DNA from: Candidatus Krumholzibacteriia bacterium
GTDB lineage: Bacteria; Krumholzibacteriota; Krumholzibacteriia; LZORAL124-64-63
Length of the DNA: 64,000 nucleotides
Direction of reading: 5' to 3'
Assembly (NCBI GenBank): GCA_024763215.1
Contig: JANTFX010000006.1
Coordinates: 2,439-66,438 of the forward strand
The first letter of the stretch is position 1; the number at the start of each line of letters is the position of its first letter. Made by a program: the position numbers and the translations under genes. Of the stretch, positions 49,159-57,898 are shown one piece after another. The notes under the pieces were generated by a model. It searched no databases, had not been told where the DNA came from, and saw only the letters and a program-made list of their open reading frames with translations.

Positions 49159-50556
49159 ATGATACAGCTGATCAAACCCTTACCCCATCCCCTGGACGAC
49201 CTTCACACCTGGCAGCCGGGGGATCGCCTGACCCACCTGGACGGACGCCCCATCGAGGACATCCTCGACTTATATTATTACACCCCCGAATCCAGGCGCA
49301 CGCGGCTGCTTTTGGCGCGCAGCAACGGGACACAGGTTGAGCTGGTCATCGACCCGGCCGACATCGGGGCCGTGACCGAGTGTTTCGCTCCCCTTGAATT
49401 CAAGACCTGCGCCTGCGATTGCGTGTTCTGCTTCGTGGACCAGAACCCGGCAGGCATGCGCGACCAGATCTACGTCAAGGACGAGGACTACCGCTTCAGC
49501 TTCCTTTACGGGAACTACATCACCCTGACTTCCCTGGGCAAACGCGGGCTGCAGCGCATCATCGAGCAGGGCATGTCCCCGCTGTACGTCTCGGTGCATG
49601 CCACCGACATCGACGTGCGCACCCGCATGCTGGGCATCAAGCGGAAGATCGATGTGCTGGCCATCTTGGCCCAACTCAGGTCCGCGGGCATCGAAGTCCA
49701 CGCCCAGGTCGTCTTGTGTCCGGGCTGGAACGACGGCCCGATCCTGGAGAAGACCTTCCGGGATCTTCTGGCCCTCGCCTCAGGTTCCCCGGACGACCAG
49801 TCGCCGTTTGCCCCGGTGAACGACCGGGGGCAGGACTACCGTCAGGAAACGGAATTTTCCCCCGGCAGCGGGGAGGGGGGCGTGCGCTCCCTGGCCGTGG
49901 TGCCGGTGGGCTTGAGCGCACACCGGGAGGGGCTGACCGAATTGGCGCCGGTGACCCCGGAAATCGCCGCCGAGGTCATCGGCGAGACCGAGCGTTGGCA
50001 GGCCGAGGCCGCGGCGGCCATCGGCCACCGCTTCATCTACCTCAGCGACGAGTTCTTCCTGATGACCGGCAAGCCGTTTCCGGCGCCCGCAAACTATGAC
50101 GGGTTCTGGCAGGTGGACAGCGCCATCGGGCTCACACCGCGCTTGCGGGACAGGTGGGATGAAGACCTGGAATGGGCCACCCAGGAGGGGGCGCTGCCAC
50201 GGCGGCCGCTGACCGTCCTGACGGGTGAGCTGGCGGCCCAGGCCTGGCGGCGTGAATTTCTGCCCGTCCTTAGGCGCCGAGCCTGCCCTCCGGTCGAAGT
50301 CATCGGCGTACCCAACACCTTCTACGGAAACACCGTGACGGTGGCCGGATTGCTCGGGGGCGGGGACCTGAGGCGCGCCCTGCTGGCCTTGCCGCCGGAG
50401 CCTGCCCGGACCGTGGCCCTTTCCCCGCGCGTATTCAACAGCGAGGGGTTGACCCTCGACGACATGACCCTGGAAGGCATCGCCGACGGCCAGCCTCATG
50501 AGGTCCTGATCGGCCAGGAGGATGAGTTCATTGCGTTCTGGCAGGGACTTGGCTAG
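49159..50556 (+). CDS. DUF512-family radical SAM protein (PDZ-like N-terminus)
   Basis: CACDCVFCFVDQNP.GMR..IYVKDEDYRFSFLYGNYITLT, LYVSVHAT, QVVLCPGWNDG, VTVAGLL. Usual position upstream of der. Confidence 0.88.
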   Translation: MIQLIKPLPHPLDDLHTWQPGDRLTHLDGRPIEDILDLYYYTPESRRTRLLLARSNGTQVELVIDPADIGAVTECFAPLEFKTCACDCVFCFVDQNPAGMRDQIYVKDEDYRFSFLYGNYITLTSLGKRGLQRIIEQGMSPLYVSVHATDIDVRTRMLGIKRKIDVLAILAQLRSAGIEVHAQVVLCPGWNDGPILEKTFRDLLALASGSPDDQSPFAPVNDRGQDYRQETEFSPGSGEGGVRSLAVVPVGLSAHREGLTELAPVTPEIAAEVIGETERWQAEAAAAIGHRFIYLSDEFFLMTGKPFPAPANYDGFWQVDSAIGLTPRLRDRWDEDLEWATQEGALPRRPLTVLTGELAAQAWRREFLPVLRRRACPPVEVIGVPNTFYGNTVTVAGLLGGGDLRRALLALPPEPARTVALSPRVFNSEGLTLDDMTLEGIADGQPHEVLIGQEDEFIAFWQGLG

Positions 50557-50598
50557 GTTCAGGTCCGCTGTCCCATCCTGTTTTCCGAGGAGTTTCCC

Positions 50599-51912
50599 AT
50601 GTCGCTGCGCACCGTGGCCATCATCGGCAGGCCCAACGTGGGCAAATCCACGCTTTTCAACCGCATCGTGGGCGAGCGCCGGAGCGTGGTTCACGAGACC
50701 CCCGGAGTGACGCGCGACCGCATCGCCGAGACCACCGACTGGGCCGGCCATCCGTTCATCCTGCTGGACACGGGGGGGATCATCCCCTTCGGCGAGGCCG
50801 ACGGCGCCTTCGACTCCCTGGTGACCACCGTGGCCCAGGACACCATCGCCGAGGCGGACCTGGTGCTGATGCTGGTCGACGGCAAGGTGGGGCCCATGGC
50901 CTGGGACGAGGCCATCGCCAGGGATCTCAGGCGCTGCGGCAAGCCCGTCGTCCTGGCGGTTAACAAGATCGAGAAGCCGGACGAGGAACTGGGTGTTCAT
51001 GAATTCCACAGCCTGGGGCTGGGGGAGCCCCACGGGATCAGCGCCCTGCACGGGCTGGGCGTGGGGGACCTCCTGGACGAGGTGGTGAAGGAATTCCCCC
51101 AGCACGAGGTGGACTCTCCCTGCGACTGCAAGGTGGCCATCCTGGGCCGTCCCAACGTCGGCAAGTCCTCCCTGCTAAACATCATGACCGGGCGCAATGA
51201 CGCCCTGGTCAGCGACATGCCCGGCACGACCCGCGATTCCATCCACACCGATCTGACCTGGCACGGCAAGACCATCCGCCTGATCGATACCGCCGGCCTG
51301 CGCCGCAAGGCCCGGGTCCAGGAGGCCATCGAGGTCTTCAGCAACATGCGCACGGTGCGCTCCCTGGAACAATGCGACGTGGCGGTGCTGGTGGTCGACG
51401 CCCAGGCCGGGGCGGTGACCCAGGATGCGAAAATCGCGGGACTGATCCATGATGCCGGCAAGGGGGTCGTGGTCGTGTTCAACAAGTGGGACCTCGTCCC
51501 GGACAAGGACACCCACACCCACCGGGCCGTGTGGGAGAAATTCACCGACGCCGTGCCCTTCCTGGGGTACGCGCCGTGGTTCACCGGGAGCGCTTTGACC
51601 CGGCAACGCACCGGCAAGATCCTGGAGCTGGTCTGGGAGGTCCACCAGCAGCGGCAAAAGCGGATCCCCACCTCCCAGTTCAATGATTTCCTGGAACGCA
51701 TCGTCCGCATCCAGCAACCCCGGGCCCACCGCGGGGGCCTGGGGAAGATCTACTACGGAACCCAGGCCGAGAAGGAACCGCCGACCTTCATCCTTTCGGT
51801 CAATGAACCACGGTTTTTCGCCCGTAATTATTTGCGTTACATTAATAACAAGATCCGGGAGGAATTCGGCTTTACCGGCAACCGGATTTTTGTCAAACTG
51901 AAGCAACACTGA
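50599..51912 (+). CDS. der: Ribosome biogenesis GTPase Der
   Basis: Two G domains (GRPNVGKS twice, DTGG/DTAG, NKIE/NKWD) plus a KH-like domain. Confidence 0.97.
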   Translation: MSLRTVAIIGRPNVGKSTLFNRIVGERRSVVHETPGVTRDRIAETTDWAGHPFILLDTGGIIPFGEADGAFDSLVTTVAQDTIAEADLVLMLVDGKVGPMAWDEAIARDLRRCGKPVVLAVNKIEKPDEELGVHEFHSLGLGEPHGISALHGLGVGDLLDEVVKEFPQHEVDSPCDCKVAILGRPNVGKSSLLNIMTGRNDALVSDMPGTTRDSIHTDLTWHGKTIRLIDTAGLRRKARVQEAIEVFSNMRTVRSLEQCDVAVLVVDAQAGAVTQDAKIAGLIHDAGKGVVVVFNKWDLVPDKDTHTHRAVWEKFTDAVPFLGYAPWFTGSALTRQRTGKILELVWEVHQQRQKRIPTSQFNDFLERIVRIQQPRAHRGGLGKIYYGTQAEKEPPTFILSVNEPRFFARNYLRYINNKIREEFGFTGNRIFVKLKQH

Positions 51913-51956
51913 GGTGGCTGAACGAATCAACGCCAAAATCCAGGAGATTCAACCAG

Positions 51957-52691
51957 ATGCTGCTCGTCCTGTTCCTTGTTCTCGCCTTCCTGCTTGGCGC
52001 CTTGCCTTTCAGTTACATCATCGGCCGCCAGGTCAAAGGACTGGATCTGCGCCGTCACGGCAGTGGAAATCTGGGCGCCACCAATGTCTTCCGCACGCTG
52101 GGCCCATGGTGGGGCGGACTATGCCTGCTTCTGGACCTGGCCAAAGGCGCCGCCGCCGTGGGGCTGATGACCTGGCTGGTCAACACCTGGCCCGCAGGCG
52201 AACCCACTCCTTTCCACATCACCCCCGACCTCTTCAGGATTTTCGCCGGCGTCATCGCGGCCCTGGGCCACACCTTCAGCCCCTTCGTTGGGTTCCACGG
52301 TGGCAAAGGGGTCGCCACCACCGCCGGAGCCTTCGCGGTCCTGGCCCCGTTCTCCATCATCATCGCCACGGTGGCCTTCCTGGCTTGCTTCCTCACCACG
52401 GGGATCGTTTCCCTGGCCAGCATCACGGCTTCGGCCGTGCTGCCGGTATCGGTGTTGCTTTTCGAACTGAAAAGCGACCACCCCTCCTCGACCATCATCG
52501 TATTCGTCTTCCTCATCTGCGGTTGGGTCATCTTCAAGCATCGCAACAACATCATCCGCCTGCAGAACGGGACCGAAGCCAAGATCGTCTCCACCGGAAA
52601 CCATGGCCAGGGCGACGACGCCCGGACGGACGCTCGGCCTGATACCTCCTCGGCCGGCGAGAACTCCGGCTCCGCGGACGAGGGATCATGA
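51957..52691 (+). CDS. plsY: Glycerol-3-phosphate acyltransferase PlsY
   Basis: DLRRHGSGNLGATNVFR, DLAKG, GH, GGKGVAT, HRNNI.RL.NGTE. Confidence 0.95.
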   Translation: MLLVLFLVLAFLLGALPFSYIIGRQVKGLDLRRHGSGNLGATNVFRTLGPWWGGLCLLLDLAKGAAAVGLMTWLVNTWPAGEPTPFHITPDLFRIFAGVIAALGHTFSPFVGFHGGKGVATTAGAFAVLAPFSIIIATVAFLACFLTTGIVSLASITASAVLPVSVLLFELKSDHPSSTIIVFVFLICGWVIFKHRNNIIRLQNGTEAKIVSTGNHGQGDDARTDARPDTSSAGENSGSADEGS

Positions 52692-53707
52692 AGGCGGCCA
52701 TCCTCGGCACCGGCAGCTGGGCCTGCGCCTTCGGCAAGCATCTGGCCCATAAATGGGACAGGGTCGTGCTGTGGGGTATCGAGCCGGAGCAGATCCACGT
52801 CATCAACACCACCGGAACCAATCCGGCCTACCTCGGCGAGGTGCCGTTGCCTCCGAACCTGCGCGCCACCCTCGACCTGGAGGAATGCCTGTCCGGGGCT
52901 GATGCCCTGTTCGTCATCGTGCCCAGCCAGGCCGTGCGCACGGTCATGGAGCAGGTGGCAGCCGTGGCCGCCCTGCCCGACCCCGCGCCTGTCATCTGCC
53001 TGGCCAAGGGTTTCGAGGTGGACACCCTCAAGCGCCTGAGCGAGGTCATCCAGGATGTGCTCGGCCCGCCGGAGGCCCCGGGAAACCACCCGGTTGCGGT
53101 TTTGCTGGGACCCAGCCACGCCGAGGAGGTCGCCCGCGAGTTCCCGACCGCCGTTGTGCTTTCTGGCACTCCCGGCGCGGACTGGGCACACTGGCAGCAT
53201 GAGATCGCCGGTCCGTTTTTCCGTGTCTACACCAACGATGACATGGCTGGGGTGGAAATCGCCTCGGGCTTCAAGAACATCATCGCCCTGGCCGTGGGCA
53301 TGGCCGACGGTCTGGGGACCGGCGACAACACGCGCGGGGTGCTGATGACCCGTGGGCTGAAGGAACTGGCCAGGTTGGGGGTGGCGCTCGGCGCCCGGAC
53401 GGAAACCTTCTTCGGCCTGGCCGGGGTGGGGGACATGATCACCACCTGCATCAGCCATCACTCCCGCAACCGCAACTTCGGCGAAGCCGTGACCCGGGGG
53501 GACCTGTCGCCCGAGGCTCTGCTGGGGGAGCAGGTCCAGGTGGTCGAGGGCGTGCCCATGGCCAAGGCGGCCCTCAAGCTCGGCATGAAGCACGGGATTG
53601 AACTTCCTGTTACCAGGCAAGTTCATGATGTGTTATTCTCCGGCAAACCTCCCCGTCAGGCCATGCGTGAGCTGATGGAAAGGCAGTTGCGGGACGAGCT
53701 GGAATAA
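52688..53707 (+). CDS. gpsA: NAD(P)H-dependent glycerol-3-phosphate dehydrogenase
   Basis: GTGSWA, KGFE, GPSHAEEV, KNIIA, GDN, GLAGVGD..TTC..HSRN. Confidence 0.95.
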   Translation: MKAAILGTGSWACAFGKHLAHKWDRVVLWGIEPEQIHVINTTGTNPAYLGEVPLPPNLRATLDLEECLSGADALFVIVPSQAVRTVMEQVAAVAALPDPAPVICLAKGFEVDTLKRLSEVIQDVLGPPEAPGNHPVAVLLGPSHAEEVAREFPTAVVLSGTPGADWAHWQHEIAGPFFRVYTNDDMAGVEIASGFKNIIALAVGMADGLGTGDNTRGVLMTRGLKELARLGVALGARTETFFGLAGVGDMITTCISHHSRNRNFGEAVTRGDLSPEALLGEQVQVVEGVPMAKAALKLGMKHGIELPVTRQVHDVLFSGKPPRQAMRELMERQLRDELE

Positions 53708-53729
53708 TGGATGCTGGAGAGCGTGGGCC

Positions 53730-54107
53730 ATGAAAAGCCAAAAAGCGAGCAAGTTGTATCATTCCATCAGCGAGGTGGCCGGCCTGACCGGGGTCAAGCC
53801 CCATGTCCTGCGCTACTGGGAGGCTGAATTCCCGACCCTGCGGCCGCGCAAGACGGCCGCCGGCAGCAGGCGGTACAGGCAACAGGATATCGACGAGGTC
53901 CTGGCCATCAAGGAACTCCTTTACGAGAAGGGGTTCAAGATCGCCGGGGCCCGCAAGATGCGGCGCGCCGCTCGTCGGAAAAGTCCCGAACCCGCCCGGG
54001 CCCAACTCAGCCTGGGCTTCGGCGATCTCGACACGGCCGGGCAGCTGGAGGTGGTCCGGCAGGAATTGCGTGATATCCTGGAGATGGTCAAGGGTCTGGG
54101 GTCATAG
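53730..54107 (+). CDS. MerR-family transcriptional regulator
   Basis: KLYHSISEVA..TGVKPHVLRYWE.EF..LRP.K....RRY, IKELLY.KGF.I.GA. This family is typically found before tRNA-Pro(GGG). Confidence 0.9.
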   Translation: MKSQKASKLYHSISEVAGLTGVKPHVLRYWEAEFPTLRPRKTAAGSRRYRQQDIDEVLAIKELLYEKGFKIAGARKMRRAARRKSPEPARAQLSLGFGDLDTAGQLEVVRQELRDILEMVKGLGS

Positions 54108-54133
54108 GCGCTTGCCCCCGGGCAGCTTTTCAC

Positions 54134-54162
54134 TTGTCCGGGTCCGATCCCCGTATTACATT
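54134..54162 (+). promoter_or_regulatory. Putative sigma70 promoter of tRNA-Pro(GGG)
   Basis: TTGTCC (54134-39), 17 nt spacer, TACATT (54157-62). Confidence 0.45.
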
Positions 54163-54212
54163 GTCCGCCCGGAATGACCCCCGGAGATCCTTGGTGATCT
54201 TGATTTCATGGT

Positions 54213-54289
54213 CGGGACGTGGCGCAGTCCGGTAGCGCACTTGCATGGGGGGCAAGGGGTCGCGAGTTCAAATCTCGCCGTCCCGACCA
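54213..54289 (+). tRNA. tRNA-Pro(GGG)
   Basis: CGGGACGTGGCGCAGTCCGGTAGCGCA-CTTGC-AT-GGG-GG-GCAAG-GGGTCGCGAGTTCAAATCTCGCCGTCCCGACCA. Confidence 0.96.
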
Positions 54290-54304
54290 GCTTGAAAACG
54301 ATAC

Positions 54305-54335
54305 GGCCGGGGCCTTGCGGTGCCGGTTTTTTTTT
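54305..54335 (+). terminator. Intrinsic terminator after tRNA-Pro(GGG)
   Basis: Imperfect GGCCGG...CCGGTT stem followed by a T9 tract. Confidence 0.55.
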
Positions 54336-54401
54336 GCGTTGAATACGGGCGCGAACCCGGTTACTCTGCCTTCGAACCAACCAACACTGCCAAGGACACT
54401 C

Positions 54402-55079
54402 ATGACGTGCGGCGTGATCCTTCCAGCTTATAATGTGGCCCGCCATCTGCCCGATCTGGTGCGTGACCTCAGAGCCGCCCAGCCCGATCTGAGGATCGTG
54501 GCCATCGACGACGGCAGCGTTGACGACACGGCCGCAGTCGCGGAGGCCTGCGGCCTCGAGGTGATCCGCCACGCCGGGAACCGCGGCAAGGGCGCCGCCC
54601 TGATGACCGGCTTCACCTGGGCGCAGCAGCAGGGGCTGGAACTTGTCTTCACCATGGACGCCGATGGCCAGCACCTGCCCCGCGAGATGCAGGGTTTCCT
54701 GGATGAGATGGCGGCAGGCTCAGCCGACGTGGTGGTGGGCACCCGCATGGACCGCACCACGGGCATGCCCTGGATCCGCCGCAAGACCAACGAGTTCACC
54801 AGCTGGGTGGTGAGCCGTCTGGCCGGCCAGGACATCCCCGATTCCCAGAACGGGTTCCGCCTCTTCAGGGTGGAGGTTCTGCGTGGCCTGCGGGCCGTCA
54901 GCAGCCGGTTCGATTTCGAATCCGAGATCCTGGTTCTGTTGGGGCGTAAGGGCGCCAGGATCAGCTCGGTGCCTGTCTCCAGCATCTATGCCGACGAGCG
55001 CAGTTCCATCAATCCCATCGTGGATACCTGGCGCTTTTTCCGCCTGGTTTTCCACCTGGTCATGACACGAGACAGATAG
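54402..55079 (+). CDS. GT2 glycosyltransferase (DPM1-like)
   Basis: [45 protein letters not shown]. Confidence 0.9.
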   Translation: MTCGVILPAYNVARHLPDLVRDLRAAQPDLRIVAIDDGSVDDTAAVAEACGLEVIRHAGNRGKGAALMTGFTWAQQQGLELVFTMDADGQHLPREMQGFLDEMAAGSADVVVGTRMDRTTGMPWIRRKTNEFTSWVVSRLAGQDIPDSQNGFRLFRVEVLRGLRAVSSRFDFESEILVLLGRKGARISSVPVSSIYADERSSINPIVDTWRFFRLVFHLVMTRDR

Positions 55080-55091
55080 GCAAGGGTTGCC

Positions 55092-55883
55092 ATGAACAGC
55101 AATGATTCTTCCACCAAGCACGTGCTGATTTCCAACGACGACGGGATCGACGCCCAGGGCCTTGCGGTTCTGGAGGATGTCATTCGATCCATGCCGGATT
55201 TCCGGGTCACCGTCGTGGCCCCCAGCGACCAGCAGAGCGCGTCCAGCCACAGCCTGACCCTGACCTCGCCGCTGCGGATTCTGGACAAGGGACCCGGCCG
55301 TTATGCCGTGACCGGGACACCCACCGACACCGTTCTGGTGGCCATGGAGAAGATCCTGCGCAGCGATCCCCCGGACATCGTCCTGAGCGGCATCAACCAC
55401 GGGCCCAACATGGGGGAGGACGTGATCTACTCGGGAACCGTGGCCGCCGCCATGGAGGGCACCATGTTCGGTCTGCCCAGCTATGCCTTTTCCCTCGCCG
55501 CCTGGCATCCGAGCGATTTCAGCGGCGCCGCCGAGTTCCTGCGCCGGATGTTGCCCGATATCCTGGCCTTCCCCCTGGAAAAGGGTTCCCTGGTGAACAT
55601 CAACATCCCCGACGGCCCGCCTGCGGCCATCAAGGGCATCCGGGTGACGCGCCTGGGCAGCCGGGTTTATCAGAACGTGATCACCGACCAGGTCGATCCC
55701 CACGGCAAACCCTACCTCTGGATCGGCGGCCAGGGCCCGACCTGGGAGCGGGAGCAGGGAACCGATTACTCCTGCGTCGAACAGGGCTTCGTCAGCCTGA
55801 CCCCGCTGCTGGTCGACCTGACCCACCACGGCCTGCAACAGCAGATGAAGGTTCTGGAACGGGATACCTGGCGCAATGAATGA
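55092..55883 (+). CDS. surE: 5'/3'-nucleotidase SurE
   Basis: ISNDDG, VAP...QSASSHSLT, GTPTD, SGINHGPNMG.DVIYSGTVAAAMEG. Confidence 0.96.
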   Translation: MNSNDSSTKHVLISNDDGIDAQGLAVLEDVIRSMPDFRVTVVAPSDQQSASSHSLTLTSPLRILDKGPGRYAVTGTPTDTVLVAMEKILRSDPPDIVLSGINHGPNMGEDVIYSGTVAAAMEGTMFGLPSYAFSLAAWHPSDFSGAAEFLRRMLPDILAFPLEKGSLVNINIPDGPPAAIKGIRVTRLGSRVYQNVITDQVDPHGKPYLWIGGQGPTWEREQGTDYSCVEQGFVSLTPLLVDLTHHGLQQQMKVLERDTWRNE

Positions 55884-56595
55884 TTTCGCGGTGGCAAGGC
55901 GGCGCATGGTCCGCGAACAGATCGCCGGAGCCGGCCTCGGAGACGAGCGCGTGCTGGCGGCCATGCGCGAAGTGCCACGGCATCTCTTCGTGCCCAAGCT
56001 GCTGCGGCACCGCGCCCATCAGCCCTGCGCCCTGCCCATCGGGTTCGGTCAGACCATCAGCAAGCCGTTCACCGTGGGCCTGATGTCCGCCCTGCTCGAG
56101 TTGCAGGGGCACGAGCACGTCCTGGAGATCGGGACCGGGTCCGGATACCAGGGAGCGGTCCTTTCCCGTCTGGCCGGTTCGGTGATCTCGGTGGAACGGA
56201 TCAAGCCCCTGGCGGCCAGGGCCCGCGCTACTTTGGGCGAGCTGGACTACGACAACATCACGGTGCTCGCCCATGACGGTGTGTGCGGTTTGGCCGACTT
56301 CGCCCCCTTCGACGCGGTCATGGTGACCGCCTGCGCGCCCTATCTGCCCCCGCACCTGGTTTCCCAGCTCAAGGACGGGGGGCTGCTGCTGATCCCGGTC
56401 AGCAAGGGCAGGGAACAGATCCTTTACAGATACAGGCGCCAGGGCAATGAGGTCCTCATCGAACAATCGGTGACCTGCCGCTTCGTTCCCCTGCTGCCGG
56501 GGCTCGAGGAGGGCCCGGGCGCAGAGGATGGGGAAACCGACCAGGTCGGGGTGGAGGATTCCGCCGAGGCCGGCCAGGAGGAACATCTTGCGTGA
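55876..56595 (+). CDS. pcm: Protein-L-isoaspartate O-methyltransferase
   Basis: VPRHLFV, LPIG.GQTIS.P, VLEIGTGSGYQ, APFD, RFVPL. Follows surE. Confidence 0.94.
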   Translation: MNDFAVARRRMVREQIAGAGLGDERVLAAMREVPRHLFVPKLLRHRAHQPCALPIGFGQTISKPFTVGLMSALLELQGHEHVLEIGTGSGYQGAVLSRLAGSVISVERIKPLAARARATLGELDYDNITVLAHDGVCGLADFAPFDAVMVTACAPYLPPHLVSQLKDGGLLLIPVSKGREQILYRYRRQGNEVLIEQSVTCRFVPLLPGLEEGPGAEDGETDQVGVEDSAEAGQEEHLA

Positions 56596-57076
56596 ACACC
56601 TGATGGCCGTCCTGGGCAGCTTGCCTCCGCCGCTGGCGGTGTTCTGCATCGCCATGCTGCCGATCTTCGAGCTGCGCGGCGCCATCCCCGCCGCCTACGC
56701 CATGGGCATGGATCAGACCTGGTTGATCTACCTGCTGGCGGTGGCCGGAAACTTCGTGCCCGTCCTGCCCATTCTGTTGTTGCTGAACCCCATCGAAACC
56801 CGGCTACGCAGATTCCGCCTCGTGGACCGCTTCCTCGACTGGCTGTTCAGGCGCACCCGCAGCCGCAGCGACATGATCCGGAAGTACGAGAGCCTGGGCC
56901 TGATCCTCTTCGTCGCCATACCGGCACCCATGACCGGCGCCTGGACCGGCGCCATCGCCGCCTACCTGTTCAAACTTCCCTTGCGGTTGGCAGTCCCTTG
57001 TATCATTTTGGGCATCCTGATCGCCGGAATCGTCGTCACCCTGGTGTCCCTCGGGGTTGTGACCTTGTGGCATTAG
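56588..57076 (+). CDS. Small multi-drug export (COG2426) membrane protein
   Basis: AMLPIFELRGAIP, GNFVPV, GLILFVAIP.PMTGAWTG. Start TTG 56588 or ATG 56603. Confidence 0.85.
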   Translation: MREHLMAVLGSLPPPLAVFCIAMLPIFELRGAIPAAYAMGMDQTWLIYLLAVAGNFVPVLPILLLLNPIETRLRRFRLVDRFLDWLFRRTRSRSDMIRKYESLGLILFVAIPAPMTGAWTGAIAAYLFKLPLRLAVPCIILGILIAGIVVTLVSLGVVTLWH

Positions 57077-57098
57077 ATCAGGTTGACCGCCTCTGGTT

Positions 57099-57176
57099 CG
57101 GGGCGTAGCGCAGCCCGGTTAGCGCGCCTGCTTCGGGAGCAGGAGGTCGGGAGTTCAAATCTCCCCGCCCCGACCA
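57099..57176 (+). tRNA. tRNA-Pro(CGG)
   Basis: CGGGGCGTAGCGCAGCCCGGTTAGCGCG-CCTGC-TT-CGG-GA-GCAGG-AGGTCGGGAGTTCAAATCTCCCCGCCCCGACCA. Confidence 0.97.
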
Positions 57177-57254
57177 ACACTTTATTTTTCCCCTTTTCAA
57201 GCTTATCCTGCCGGCAGGTTTTTTCCTGCGGCCTTCTTCCTGGAGGATTCTTTC

Positions 57255-57782
57255 ATGGGCCATGCCGAACGTGTGCGCGAGGCCATCCGCTCCATACCCG
57301 ATTTCCCACAGCCGGGAATCCTGTTCAGGGACATCACGCCGGTCACCGAGGATCCCGCGGCCTTCAGCGCCGCGATCGCTGGGCTGGGCGCCCTCCTTGA
57401 CGGGACCACCTGGGACAAGCTTGCGGCCATCGAATCGCGCGGGTTCATCTTCGGCGCGCCCCTGGCCAGGAAGGTTGCCCGCCCCATGGTTCTGCTGCGC
57501 AAGGCCGGGAAACTTCCGGGGCAGACCAGGTCCGTCAGCTACGACCTCGAGTACGGCAGCGCCACCCTGGAAGTCCATGCCGACAGCATCGCGCCCGGTG
57601 ACCGTATCATCATCCTGGACGATCTGCTGGCGACCGGCGGGACCGCGGCCGCCGCGGCTTCGCTGGTGACCCAGAGCGGGGGGCAGGTGGCGGGATTCTG
57701 TTTCCTGGTGGAGCTCGACGATCTGGCGGGGCGGGATTCCCTGGCCGGGACGGCGCCGGTTTTTTCCCTTGTGCACTTCTGA
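57255..57782 (+). CDS. apt: Adenine phosphoribosyltransferase
   Basis: IPDFPQPGILFRDIT, ESRGF, RKAGKLP, YDLEYG, LDDLLATGGT. Confidence 0.96.
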   Translation: MGHAERVREAIRSIPDFPQPGILFRDITPVTEDPAAFSAAIAGLGALLDGTTWDKLAAIESRGFIFGAPLARKVARPMVLLRKAGKLPGQTRSVSYDLEYGSATLEVHADSIAPGDRIIILDDLLATGGTAAAAASLVTQSGGQVAGFCFLVELDDLAGRDSLAGTAPVFSLVHF

Positions 57783-57817
57783 GGGCACCTCTATTTTGAG
57801 CCTCTGCCCGCAACGGT

Positions 57818-57894
57818 GCCCCCGTAGCTCAGCTGGATAGAGCGCAGGATTCCTAATCCTGAGGTAGTGGGTTCGAGTCCCGCCGGGGGTACCA
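57818..57894 (+). tRNA. tRNA-Arg(CCT)
   Basis: GCCCCCGTAGCTCAGCTGGATAGAGCG-CAGGA-TT-CCT-AA-TCCTG-AGGTAGTGGGTTCGAGTCCCGCCGGGGGTACCA. Confidence 0.96.
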
Positions 57895-57898
57895 GTCT

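Noticed and set aside
54219..54401. N-terminal extension of the GT2 ORF, and ORFs 48346-49062 and 57078-57788
   Set aside because: These are translations across tRNA genes; the real GT2 start is ATG 54402.
49002..57894. tRNA genes as att sites of an integrated element
   Set aside because: No duplicated tRNA 3' ends or adjacent integrase. The loose GGGGGATACCAGT similarity near 58076 lies in coding sequence (NWYPP).
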